DNA of 21,536 nt from Pseudobdellovibrionaceae bacterium (GTDB lineage: Bacteria > Bdellovibrionota > Bdellovibrionia > Bdellovibrionales > Bdellovibrionaceae), in assembly GCA_044359815.1 (NCBI GenBank), contig JBIKLL010000045.1:1-21536 (forward strand), read 5' to 3'. The notes below the pieces were generated by a model, which worked only from the letters and a program-made list of their open reading frames with translations, ran no database searches and had not been told where the DNA came from. Positions 1-8,477 of this stretch are shown here, one piece after another (positions within the stretch are counted from its first letter, which is position 1; every line of letters starts with the position of its first letter). A program made the position numbers and the translations under genes.

Positions 1-895
1 TTTTCCTTTTTCTATCCATCCCAAAACCCTCTACATCCCATTTAAGGTTTTCCGTTAGGGGTTTGAATTTTTCGCCTTTATATTGATACAGGGACCTGAA
101 TTCGCCAAACTTTGAGGTCATCACAATAAATTCGTTTTTTGCGTTTCCGTAATAAACAGAATACTCTACTTTTTCATTTTGACCCAATATTGGGGTCAGC
201 TTCTGCGAAGCCATGTCCCATTCATAAATTTCGCTGGCCAAATTAGTGATAGCTTTACTCAGCAGTAATTTGCTTTCTTTATAATCTGAAACACTCCAAA
301 TCCCATCCTCTGTAAAGACCTTTTCACTTTGGGCTGTTTCAATATTGTATCTGTGTATAGCAAAGGAATCCGGCTTGATATTATTAGCTCTAAAATAGAT
401 CCATTTACCATCTTCGGAAACAAACTCAAAACTGACTTGAACCTTAGATTCATGGATGATTTTTTTAAGCTCACCACCCGTGATTGGCTGCAGATAAAGC
501 CCTGGAAATTCCTCGCCATTGCGATCCCTGGATAAAATTAAAAACTTACCATCAGGTGTGATTTCATTCAGATAGGTTTGATCCTCGCCACCCGTCATCT
601 GAACCGGAAACCCCATAGGGCTATTGAGCTTCCAGACCTGATTGGTGCCTGTGACCCTCCAGCTAAAAAACAAAGACTTTTTATCCGGCGACAATATCCC
701 CATCCCAGGTGAGCGCAAATCCAACATTGCTTGGATCTTTCGGGAAACTTCGGGTTTCAAGGGTGTAGGCGCGTATTTAGCAATGATTTTGGGATCCACA
801 GAATCCTTACCAAAACCCTCGTAACTGGCCAAGGCATTTTTGGTAGCCACAATATTGATTGCTACTGATGCTAAAACTAAAAACACCTGTTTCAT
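1..895 (-). CDS. Secreted S9-family (prolyl oligopeptidase/acylaminoacyl peptidase-like) protein; N-terminal beta-propeller part only, runs off the window's left edge
   Basis: Not in the ORF track because there is no stop in the window. Manual translation from ATG at 895 is open to the edge: MKQVFLVLASVAINIVATKNALA (signal-peptide-like), then ...LSPDKKSLFFSWRVTGTNQVWKL...PVQMTGGED...ITPDGKFLILSRDRNGEEFPGLY...VSEDGKWIYF. These are TolB-like SPDG propeller blades typical of S9 N-termini. GGGGGA RBS at 905-900. The catalytic domain lies outside the window, so the family call is inferred. Confidence 0.75.
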   Translation of the reverse strand, partial: MKQVFLVLASVAINIVATKNALASYEGFGKDSVDPKIIAKYAPTPLKPEVSRKIQAMLDLRSPGMGILSPDKKSLFFSWRVTGTNQVWKLNSPMGFPVQMTGGEDQTYLNEITPDGKFLILSRDRNGEEFPGLYLQPITGGELKKIIHESKVQVSFEFVSEDGKWIYFRANNIKPDSFAIHRYNIETAQSEKVFTEDGIWSVSDYKESKLLLSKAITNLASEIYEWDMASQKLTPILGQNEKVEYSVYYGNAKNEFIVMTSKFGEFRSLYQYKGEKFKPLTENLKWDVEGFGMDRKRK

Positions 896-1038
896 AAAGT
901 CCCCCAAAGGCTTGTGAAAATTTTGAATGCTCAGTCAGATGGATATTTTTAAAGTTTAAGGGGACTTTGTCTACTGGATTAAAGTTGTATCATAATGAGA
1001 CATCTGCCTGCCGCCAGCCACCGAATTTATAAAATCAC

Positions 1039-1066
1039 TCACACTTTTGCTAAAAATGTTCGATAA
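1039..1066 (+). promoter_or_regulatory. Possible sigma28 (FliA)-like promoter TCACA-N15-TTCGATAA
   Basis: The -10-like box TTCGATAA resembles GCCGATAA. Spacing is the same as at two other sites in the window; the -35 is weak. Confidence 0.3.
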
Positions 1067-1088
1067 TAAGACAGTGTAGGGGTAACAA

Positions 1089-1853
1089 TTGAAGACTATT
1101 AAGCATTTTATTCTGTTAATCAGTTTTGTCTCCATTTCAGCAAAGGCTGAGGATTTTTTAAAATTAGATCAACATCAATTGCAAAAACCGACCTTGATTG
1201 CCCAAGGTGATGTCGATGACACCTATGATCCCTTTGCGGATTACAGTGAATTTGATCAGGACTCAGACGAGGAATCAGACATTCACTTTTTCAGAAACGG
1301 TCGGTTTTTTACTATTGGTTTTGGATTTGGTCTACGGGGATTTACTGACAATTTAAACTCTTTGTATTCCAGCGGTCCAACTTACGGTTTATTTATGTCT
1401 TACTTTTTTGATTTGCGTCTGGCTTTGCAGTTTGGATTTAACACCGGTGATTATGCTTTCAATCTACAGATGCCCACTGAAACCATCACGGGCAACGTTT
1501 CATTGACCTTTATGCATATAAACCTAAAGTATTACTTTAACACTCAGAATGTGACTCGAGGTTTAGCTAATTTAAATCCTTATATGTTTGGTGGTTTCGC
1601 CCAGGTGTACAGAACCTATACTCTTAATAACGTGGACGGCTTTGGCCGTGACGCAACTACTGGGATTGATATCGGAGCTGGTCTGGAAATCCCACTGTTT
1701 CGCAAAAAATCATTTTTTGGCATTCAGGGCGCCTACAGATATTTTAGTTTCAAAGACGAGGGCGGTCCCATGACGATCAATCAGGTCCCTACCAATGCTG
1801 TCCCCAGTGGAGACTCCTTTGATTTCCTGGGAATCCTAGGAATGAATTTTTAA
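1089..1853 (+). CDS. Outer-membrane beta-barrel protein (probably small, OmpA/OmpW-like) with an acidic N-terminal extension
   Basis: Signal peptide ending SAKA; alternating amphipathic strands (NLKYYF, NPYMFGGFA, GIDIGAGLEIPL, GIQGAYRY); C-terminal Phe (LGMNF). TTG start with AGGGG upstream. Confidence 0.75.
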   Translation: MKTIKHFILLISFVSISAKAEDFLKLDQHQLQKPTLIAQGDVDDTYDPFADYSEFDQDSDEESDIHFFRNGRFFTIGFGFGLRGFTDNLNSLYSSGPTYGLFMSYFFDLRLALQFGFNTGDYAFNLQMPTETITGNVSLTFMHINLKYYFNTQNVTRGLANLNPYMFGGFAQVYRTYTLNNVDGFGRDATTGIDIGAGLEIPLFRKKSFFGIQGAYRYFSFKDEGGPMTINQVPTNAVPSGDSFDFLGILGMNF

Positions 1854-1854
1854 G

Positions 1855-3201
1855 CTATAAATTCGCGGCGATAATGGCCAGGATGAAAACTCCGGGCACC
1901 ACCCATCTGATAAAAAACAACCAGTAGGGAAACAAGGTCACCGTTTCAATCCGGGTATCAACCACAAAATATTTTTTAATTTCGTTTTTATCCACACCCC
2001 AACCAACAGCCAGTCCCAATCCCAATGCCGTCAGAGGCAATAACCAATTAATCAGTAAGTTATCAAAACTTTGCAGAGAAAAATTATGAAATTCAGCTTT
2101 AGTCAGCAGCGTCGGAACTAGCGACAAGATAAAGGCACACCCACCGGTAAGCCACACAGCGGCCGGACGGCTCAGTTTAAATTTTTCCTGAGCATTTGAA
2201 ACGATCATTTCAAAAAGCCCAATACTGGATCCCAATGCCGCTAAATACAAACACAGGAAAAACAGCAACCCAAAAAACATCCCACCATCAAGGCCTATAA
2301 AAAACTGTGGTACAGCCTTAAATAACAAAGAGGGTTCGTTTAATGAAATATTAGAAGCCGACAGCACGATTGGAAAAATCAATAACCCTGCAAACAACGA
2401 AATCAAAGTGTCTGTCAACGTAACCCGCAGACTGGCATCAGCAAGCTCGTCTTTATCACGTAAATAACTGCCAAAGGTCACCATGGATCCAAACCCCACA
2501 CTCAGGGTAAAACACATATGCCCAATAGCCTGAATGGGTGACGACCACGTCAGCTGCGAAAAATTAGGGTAAAACAAAAACCTGAGGGCCTCATCCCGGT
2601 TTGGCAATGACAGACTTTTAAAAGCCAAGATCCCAACAAAAACAACAAACAGTGGCATCACCAGACTGATAAATTTCTCAAAACCGTTTTCAAGTCCTCT
2701 AAAAACCACAATCATAGCGATCAACAAATGACTGCTGGTCATCCCGCATTGAAGCCAAGGATTACTGAGCAGTAGATGCATTTGGTCAGCTGTTTTAAAG
2801 TTATTTGTTTGAATAATATTTTTTAAAAACTGAGCCAGGTAATGCAACACCCAACCACTAATAACAGCGTAGTAGGACAAAATTACTAAGGTCAAAATAA
2901 CTGCGGCATATCCTATCCAAACTAAATTGATTTTTCCGATGATAATTTCTTTTGTCGCACCGATGACGCTTTTTCGAAATTTTTTTCCAATAACCAATTC
3001 GCCCGTCAACAGCGGCAAACCCAAAACCAGAGCAAACAGAGTGTACATTAAAACAAAGGCACCGCCGCCGTTTTCACCAACCACATAGGGAAACCTCCAC
3101 AGATTTCCCAATCCGAAAGCGGATCCAATGGCCGCAAGATAAAAACCAAATCTGGAGCTCCAATAGCCCCGTTTAGTTGGCACGGTTTTCACCGCCACCA
3201 C
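1855..3201 (-). CDS. Sodium-dependent transporter, NSS/SNF (LeuT/MhsT-like) family
   Basis: Family signature RGYWSSRFGFYLAAIGSAFGLGNLWRFPYVVGENGGGAF; FTLSVGFGSMVTFGSY; about 11 hydrophobic segments. Overlaps the der 3' end by 29 bp. Confidence 0.93.
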   Translation of the reverse strand: MVAVKTVPTKRGYWSSRFGFYLAAIGSAFGLGNLWRFPYVVGENGGGAFVLMYTLFALVLGLPLLTGELVIGKKFRKSVIGATKEIIIGKINLVWIGYAAVILTLVILSYYAVISGWVLHYLAQFLKNIIQTNNFKTADQMHLLLSNPWLQCGMTSSHLLIAMIVVFRGLENGFEKFISLVMPLFVVFVGILAFKSLSLPNRDEALRFLFYPNFSQLTWSSPIQAIGHMCFTLSVGFGSMVTFGSYLRDKDELADASLRVTLTDTLISLFAGLLIFPIVLSASNISLNEPSLLFKAVPQFFIGLDGGMFFGLLFFLCLYLAALGSSIGLFEMIVSNAQEKFKLSRPAAVWLTGGCAFILSLVPTLLTKAEFHNFSLQSFDNLLINWLLPLTALGLGLAVGWGVDKNEIKKYFVVDTRIETVTLFPYWLFFIRWVVPGVFILAIIAANL

Positions 3202-4540
3202 CGCTTTTCATCACGAAAATCCTGATAGGAATCCCTGACAAATGGTATTGATCCTTCAGTTTTTTGATCAAAAACCTTCTGTAGCTGTTATCGACTCCGT
3301 CTGGATGATTGGCAAAAGCAATAAAACTTGGCGGGCTTTGTTGAGTCTGTGTCAGGTAATAAAACTTCACATTATTATTGCCGTAAACAGGGGCCGGAGC
3401 CTGCCTGATCGCTGTGAAAAAGAAATCATTCAAAGCATTGGTCGATATTCTAAATTTTAATTTTTCCTGAATTTCCTGAATTTTATCCAACAATCTGTTG
3501 ATCCCACGACCTGTCAAACTGGACGTCATCACATAAGGGATATCGATATAAAAATGAAAAACCTTTTCAATCTTTTCCATAATTTTGTTTCCAAAATCTT
3601 CAACCTCTTGTGGGGCAATATCGATTTTGTTGATCACTAAAATCACGGTCTTATGTTGTTCCAAGATTTTTTCTAAAATTTTAGCATCTTGCTCAGTGGG
3701 TCCAACCACACCATCGACGATCAGCAATACCAAATCAGAGCGTCTAATAGCTTCTTGAGTTTTAAACGACGCAATGATTTCAACATCCTCAGTCCGATTG
3801 GCTTTTTTACGAAGCCCCGCTGTATCGACCAAAATATATTTTTGATTATTCCAAACAAAAGGCGTGTCCACAGCATCCACTGTGGTCCCAGCGACTTCTG
3901 AAACCAACATTCGGTTTTCACCCAGCAGGCGATTAACAATTGAACTTTTACCCGCGTTCGGTTTACCCACAACTGAAATCCTCAGCCCAGTCGTCAGCTC
4001 CGTGGTTTTTTCGGGAAGCTCTTCATGAAGCCATTCCATAATCTGAGCCACACCTCTGCGCTGCTCAAAACTGCAAACCACAATCTTGTCTGTGAATTCA
4101 TAAAAATCTGCTTTTTTAATTTCTTCATCCTGTGCGCTGTCGACCTTATTAACTACTAACAAATAGGGAATCCCCTGCTTTTGGGCAATCCTCATCAGTT
4201 CGCGGTCTTCTGGTATCACTCCAGTTTTTCCATCCATGACGACAATCAAATAATCAACAATTTTTAAAAATTCCAAAACACTTTCGCGGATCAATCCCGA
4301 AAACAAATCACTGGCTTCGGTCAAACCTCCGGTGTCGATCAAATCAAAATCCTTACCCCAAACATGGGCCGGGGCCAGGATGATATCCCTGGTGACTCCA
4401 GGTTGATTTTTAACGACGCTTTTTCGGGAATCAGTCAAAATATTAAACAAAGTGGATTTTCCCACGTTAGGTCTGCCGATAATGGCGACCTTTTTGTTTT
4501 TAGTTAAATCAGCTCCATCAAATTCAATTGCTGAGTTCAT
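3173..4540 (-). CDS. der: Ribosome biogenesis GTPase Der (EngA)
   Basis: Two tandem G domains (GRPNVGKS/DTGG/NKVD and GKPNAGKS/DTAG/NKID) plus the C-terminal KH-like domain (YYLTQ...PPSF...SYRRFL...GIPIRI). Confidence 0.97.
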   Translation of the reverse strand: MNSAIEFDGADLTKNKKVAIIGRPNVGKSTLFNILTDSRKSVVKNQPGVTRDIILAPAHVWGKDFDLIDTGGLTEASDLFSGLIRESVLEFLKIVDYLIVVMDGKTGVIPEDRELMRIAQKQGIPYLLVVNKVDSAQDEEIKKADFYEFTDKIVVCSFEQRRGVAQIMEWLHEELPEKTTELTTGLRISVVGKPNAGKSSIVNRLLGENRMLVSEVAGTTVDAVDTPFVWNNQKYILVDTAGLRKKANRTEDVEIIASFKTQEAIRRSDLVLLIVDGVVGPTEQDAKILEKILEQHKTVILVINKIDIAPQEVEDFGNKIMEKIEKVFHFYIDIPYVMTSSLTGRGINRLLDKIQEIQEKLKFRISTNALNDFFFTAIRQAPAPVYGNNNVKFYYLTQTQQSPPSFIAFANHPDGVDNSYRRFLIKKLKDQYHLSGIPIRIFVMKSGGGGENRAN

Positions 4541-5426
4541 AACCGTACTCCTTTAATCCCGCAGGATTTTCTGTCCATTTTTCGTGAACTCTGACTTGCA
4601 AATCTAAAAACACTTTTGTTCCTAATAAATTTTCAATTTTCTTTCTGGAAGTCTCGCCGATTTTTTTAATCATCGAAGCTCCTCTGCCAACCACTATGGG
4701 TAAATGATTTCGTTTACCCACCACTATATCCATGGAAATCTTATGTAACTTACCCTGTTCTTGATAACTTCTGATCGATGTTGTCAGCAGATAAGGAACT
4801 TCTTCGTTTAAAAAATTAAAACAGGCTTCTCTGACGTATTCACAAGCCAAATCCCGCATCGACTGCAATGTTAAATCATGTTCTGGGTAAAGTTTGCTGG
4901 CAGAAGCTGGAAGCTCATTTAAAATCGTATTTAAAATTTCAGCTGAATAAACTTTTTTACCCACGCTGCAAAAATCAAAGTGTCCTTTAAATTGAGGATT
5001 GGTTTTAGATGAATCAATCAAATCCTGTTTGATTTCGGGGTCCATACCCAGATCAGCTTTATTGAACACAATAAACCATGGCTTTTTTTGAATTAAAAAG
5101 CTTTTTCGCATTTCAACAAAATGTTCTGATTTTGAATCTGTAGGTGCAATCACCCAAATCAAAACATCGCTTTCTGTTTGAATCTGGTAAAACTCTTGCA
5201 ACAAAAACTGATCAAACTTTTTACTGCCGCTGACAAACCCTGGGCTATCAATAAAAATAATTTGCCCATCAGTTTGATTGTGAATCCCGTGCATTCGCTT
5301 TCTGGTGGTTTGAGCTTTGCTGGTTACAATAGACAAAGGCTCTGCCATGAGCGCATTAAATAGCGAGCTTTTCCCTGCATTGGGAAGCCCCAGCAGTCCT
5401 ACAAATCCCGATCGAAGTTGATTCAT
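4524..5426 (-). CDS. era: GTPase Era
   Basis: GLPNAGKS, QTTR, DSPG, NKAD; EEVPY; KH domain VVGRGASMIKKIG...KVFLDLQVRV; lies directly after rnc. Confidence 0.95.
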   Translation of the reverse strand: MNQLRSGFVGLLGLPNAGKSSLFNALMAEPLSIVTSKAQTTRKRMHGIHNQTDGQIIFIDSPGFVSGSKKFDQFLLQEFYQIQTESDVLIWVIAPTDSKSEHFVEMRKSFLIQKKPWFIVFNKADLGMDPEIKQDLIDSSKTNPQFKGHFDFCSVGKKVYSAEILNTILNELPASASKLYPEHDLTLQSMRDLACEYVREACFNFLNEEVPYLLTTSIRSYQEQGKLHKISMDIVVGKRNHLPIVVGRGASMIKKIGETSRKKIENLLGTKVFLDLQVRVHEKWTENPAGLKEYGYELSN

Positions 5427-6106
5427 TTTACACCACCTTTTAATTTTTGAAGAGCATTTTTTGCAGCCATTTGTTCAGCAACTTTTTTGCTGTTACCGCC
5501 GCCTTCGGAAATTTCTTTACCTTGCACATACAGTTTTACTTGAAATATTTTTTTGTGACTGGGGCCTTTTTCTGAAATCAGTCTGTATTCGGGCGGTGCC
5601 TTATACAGTCTTTGAGTTTCCTCTTGCAGCTGGGTTTTATAATCTTCATCAGCGTATTCTTGATTTTCAAACCTTGTGCTGAAATGTTTTTTAATCAAAT
5701 TTCTAACAGCATCAAACCCTTGATCTAAATAAGCAGCACCGATCAGGGCTTCGTATCCTGACGCCAAGATCCTGGATTTTTCATGACCCATGGCCTTTTT
5801 TTCGCCTTTACCCAGCTTGATATGGTTGCCAATATTCAGATCTGCAGCCACAGCGGAAAGGCTTTTTTCATTCACAAGGCTTGCGCGTTTTTTAGAAAGC
5901 TTTCCCTCATCATCGCCAGGAAAAGTCTTCATCAATAAATCAGACAGCACCAAATCAATCACAGCATCACCTAAAAATTCTAATCTTTCATTGTGATTAT
6001 TAGTTTTAGTTTCCTGGGTAAAACTGCGGTGGGACAGGGCTGTTTCCAATAATTTTTCGTTTTTAAATTCAAACGAAAAGTCTTTTACAAAGTTTTTTAA
6101 TTCCAT
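5423..6106 (-). CDS. rnc: Ribonuclease III
   Basis: ALSHRS, NERLEFLGDAV signature, EALIGA, and C-terminal dsRBD (DYKTQLQE...GPSHKKIF...SKKVAEQMAA). Confidence 0.97.
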   Translation of the reverse strand: MELKNFVKDFSFEFKNEKLLETALSHRSFTQETKTNNHNERLEFLGDAVIDLVLSDLLMKTFPGDDEGKLSKKRASLVNEKSLSAVAADLNIGNHIKLGKGEKKAMGHEKSRILASGYEALIGAAYLDQGFDAVRNLIKKHFSTRFENQEYADEDYKTQLQEETQRLYKAPPEYRLISEKGPSHKKIFQVKLYVQGKEISEGGGNSKKVAEQMAAKNALQKLKGGVK

Positions 6107-7422
6107 TTTTCGCTCCCAATAATTTCACCCAACAGCACTTCATCACGATAGGATTTTATCAACACATCGACTTCGGTTCCGTTTTGCAGTTCATCGTGAT
6201 TGGGGACTAAAACCTTCCAGTAATCTCGACTTAACAATGAATCTTTCAGCACCAAACATTTTTTAACGTCACCAATTTGTTTAACCTGTTCTTGTAAAAA
6301 TCTAAATTCCGACAGTTCCCGCAAAATTTTTGCGCGTTTTGATTTTGTAAAATCACTGACCACATTAGGGATTGTTAACGCTCTGGTTCCAGGCCTTTCG
6401 CTGTAAGGAAAAACGTGGATCTTGCTCCATGGCGAATTTTTTAAAACATTCAGAGTGTCTTCGAAACATTCATCAGTTTCGTTGGGAAAACCCACGATCA
6501 CGTCCATCCCTACAAAAGGATTATGTAACGTCTTTTGAATTTTTTCAAAAACCTCGCTAACTTGTGCTTGAGTGTATTTGCGCTTCATCCCCGTCAGTAC
6601 CTGATCATTGGCAGATTGAATGCTCAGATGAAAATGCGGACACATCCTGGGGTTTTTAAATTGCTCAAGCAGTCTGTCGGTGACTTCGACAGGTTCCAAA
6701 CTGGTTAACCGGATTCTGGGAATACTAGTGTTTTTTAAAACACTTTCGATTAAATCATCCAGGCCCAAATCACCGTCTTGATAATCTGCTATATGAATGC
6801 CCGTCAATACGACTTCGTTGATGCCTTTTTGGTGCAATTCATTGATTCGCATTACCAAAGACCCAATATCCAGACTGCGACTTTTACCACGGGCATAAGG
6901 GATCACACAGTAAGTGCAAAAACTGTTACAGCCATCTTGGATTTTTAAAAACACACGAGTGTGACTGTCTTTTTCACCAAAACCTGGATCCAGTTCGTCT
7001 TTCTTAAAAATATTTGATTTAAAAACTTTCTCGGTCAGCTTGTTTTTAAAAAAATCATCGATGATTTGTGGCAATTGGTTTTTATGGGAATTGGCCACAA
7101 TCAAATCAACTGCAGGCATATCGGTAAATGCCCCCGTGTCCACTTGCGAAGCACAGCCAGTGATCACCACTAATGAAAACGGATCCATGGATTTAATTTT
7201 ACGGGCCAACCGCTTTGCTTGTTTCACAGCTTCATCTGTGACGGCACAAGTGTTTAAAATATGAATTTTAGCGTTAGAATTTTTTTGCAATTCATTAAAC
7301 TGAGGTTGAAACACAAAACCAACATTTGAAAGACTTTTTTCAATAAGACTGGAATCGTAGGTGTTCACTTTGCAACCAAAAGTATGCACGATAAAATTTT
7401 GTTTTAATGTTAATAAATCCAA
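6097..7422 (-). CDS. mtaB: tRNA t6A37 methylthiotransferase MtaB (radical SAM, MiaB-like family)
   Basis: UPF0004 domain TFGCKVN/NTCAVT/TGC; radical SAM CNSFCTYC within KIQDGC; HVFPYSERPGT. The CKVN and KIQDGC patterns fit the MtaB clade rather than MiaB or RimO. The C-terminal TRAM region looks shortened. Confidence 0.88.
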   Translation of the reverse strand: MDLLTLKQNFIVHTFGCKVNTYDSSLIEKSLSNVGFVFQPQFNELQKNSNAKIHILNTCAVTDEAVKQAKRLARKIKSMDPFSLVVITGCASQVDTGAFTDMPAVDLIVANSHKNQLPQIIDDFFKNKLTEKVFKSNIFKKDELDPGFGEKDSHTRVFLKIQDGCNSFCTYCVIPYARGKSRSLDIGSLVMRINELHQKGINEVVLTGIHIADYQDGDLGLDDLIESVLKNTSIPRIRLTSLEPVEVTDRLLEQFKNPRMCPHFHLSIQSANDQVLTGMKRKYTQAQVSEVFEKIQKTLHNPFVGMDVIVGFPNETDECFEDTLNVLKNSPWSKIHVFPYSERPGTRALTIPNVVSDFTKSKRAKILRELSEFRFLQEQVKQIGDVKKCLVLKDSLLSRDYWKVLVPNHDELQNGTEVDVLIKSYRDEVLLGEIIGSEKWN

Positions 7423-8468
7423 CTGCCCCCCACTAACTGATTGTTTCTGTAAAATACGGCTGCTTGGCCGGGAGTCACAGCCCTTTGGGGTTCTTGGAAT
7501 TCAAAATCAAATCCATCTTTGGTTTTTAAAACTTTTGCCAGTGCGCCTTTTTGCGAATACCTGATTTTTACCGACAGGATTTCACCATCTTGAACGGGGC
7601 CCAGCAAATGAGGATCTTTAGTTGATACTTTGTTTTTAAATAAATACTTTTCGTCACCCAACCACACATCAAAGTTTTCGGTATCAATTTTTAATACAAA
7701 CAATTTTTCATGATGGGTTAAACCTAAGCCCTTTGACTGACCATAAGTAAAATTATGAATCCCTGTATGCCTTCCCATAACCTCACCAGATGGATATCGC
7801 TTTAAAAAGCCTGATTTTTTCAGCAGAATCTTTTCGTCCACTTGGGTTTTTAAAAATTCGCCGTAGCCTTGATTTCCGACAAAGCAAATCCCAGTAGAGT
7901 CCTTTTTATTAAACACGGGCAGTTTTTTTGCCTCTGCAATTTTACGGACTTCGGTTTTATTCAGATGGCCAATGGGGAACATTAATCGACTGACGATATT
8001 GGGATCAATGGTAAACAGAAAATAGGTTTGATCCTTCCAGCTGTCAGAGCTGGTATGAATGGCATTATCAACCACCTGAGCATAATGCCCCGTCGCTAAA
8101 AAATCGCATTCAAGCATCTTCATTTTCTGAATCAAATGATCAAATTTTAAAAAGGTATTGCAGTTCACACAGGGTAGTGGAGTTTTACCCGCCATGTAGT
8201 CCTTAACAAAAGGATCAATCACAGCTGTTTTAAATTGTTCTTCGCAATTTAAAACATAAAACGGAATTTGCAACAAATCAGCAACAGCCCTAGCGTCTTC
8301 AACGTCAATACTTGAACAACATGTCCCCTGCCCCTCTGAAACATCACAAGACGAATAATCCCAAACCTGCATAGTGGCTCCAATGACCTCATGCCCTTGC
8401 TCTTTTAACAGGGCTGCTGCCACTGAACTGTCTACCCCACCACTCATTGCTACTAAAACTTTTGCCAT
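7410..8468 (-). CDS. mnmA: tRNA 2-thiouridine(34) synthase MnmA
   Basis: PP-loop SGGVDS, GTCCS, PCVNCN, ATGHY, KDQTYF, DSTGICF, RAVTPGQAAVFY. Confidence 0.97.
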   Translation of the reverse strand: MAKVLVAMSGGVDSSVAAALLKEQGHEVIGATMQVWDYSSCDVSEGQGTCCSSIDVEDARAVADLLQIPFYVLNCEEQFKTAVIDPFVKDYMAGKTPLPCVNCNTFLKFDHLIQKMKMLECDFLATGHYAQVVDNAIHTSSDSWKDQTYFLFTIDPNIVSRLMFPIGHLNKTEVRKIAEAKKLPVFNKKDSTGICFVGNQGYGEFLKTQVDEKILLKKSGFLKRYPSGEVMGRHTGIHNFTYGQSKGLGLTHHEKLFVLKIDTENFDVWLGDEKYLFKNKVSTKDPHLLGPVQDGEILSVKIRYSQKGALAKVLKTKDGFDFEFQEPQRAVTPGQAAVFYRNNQLVGGSWIY

Positions 8469-8477
8469 ACTGTCTTC

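Noticed and set aside
259..824. Short ORFs 259-519, 329-535 and 642-824
   Set aside because: All lie inside the long open minus-strand peptidase frame (895 to <1).
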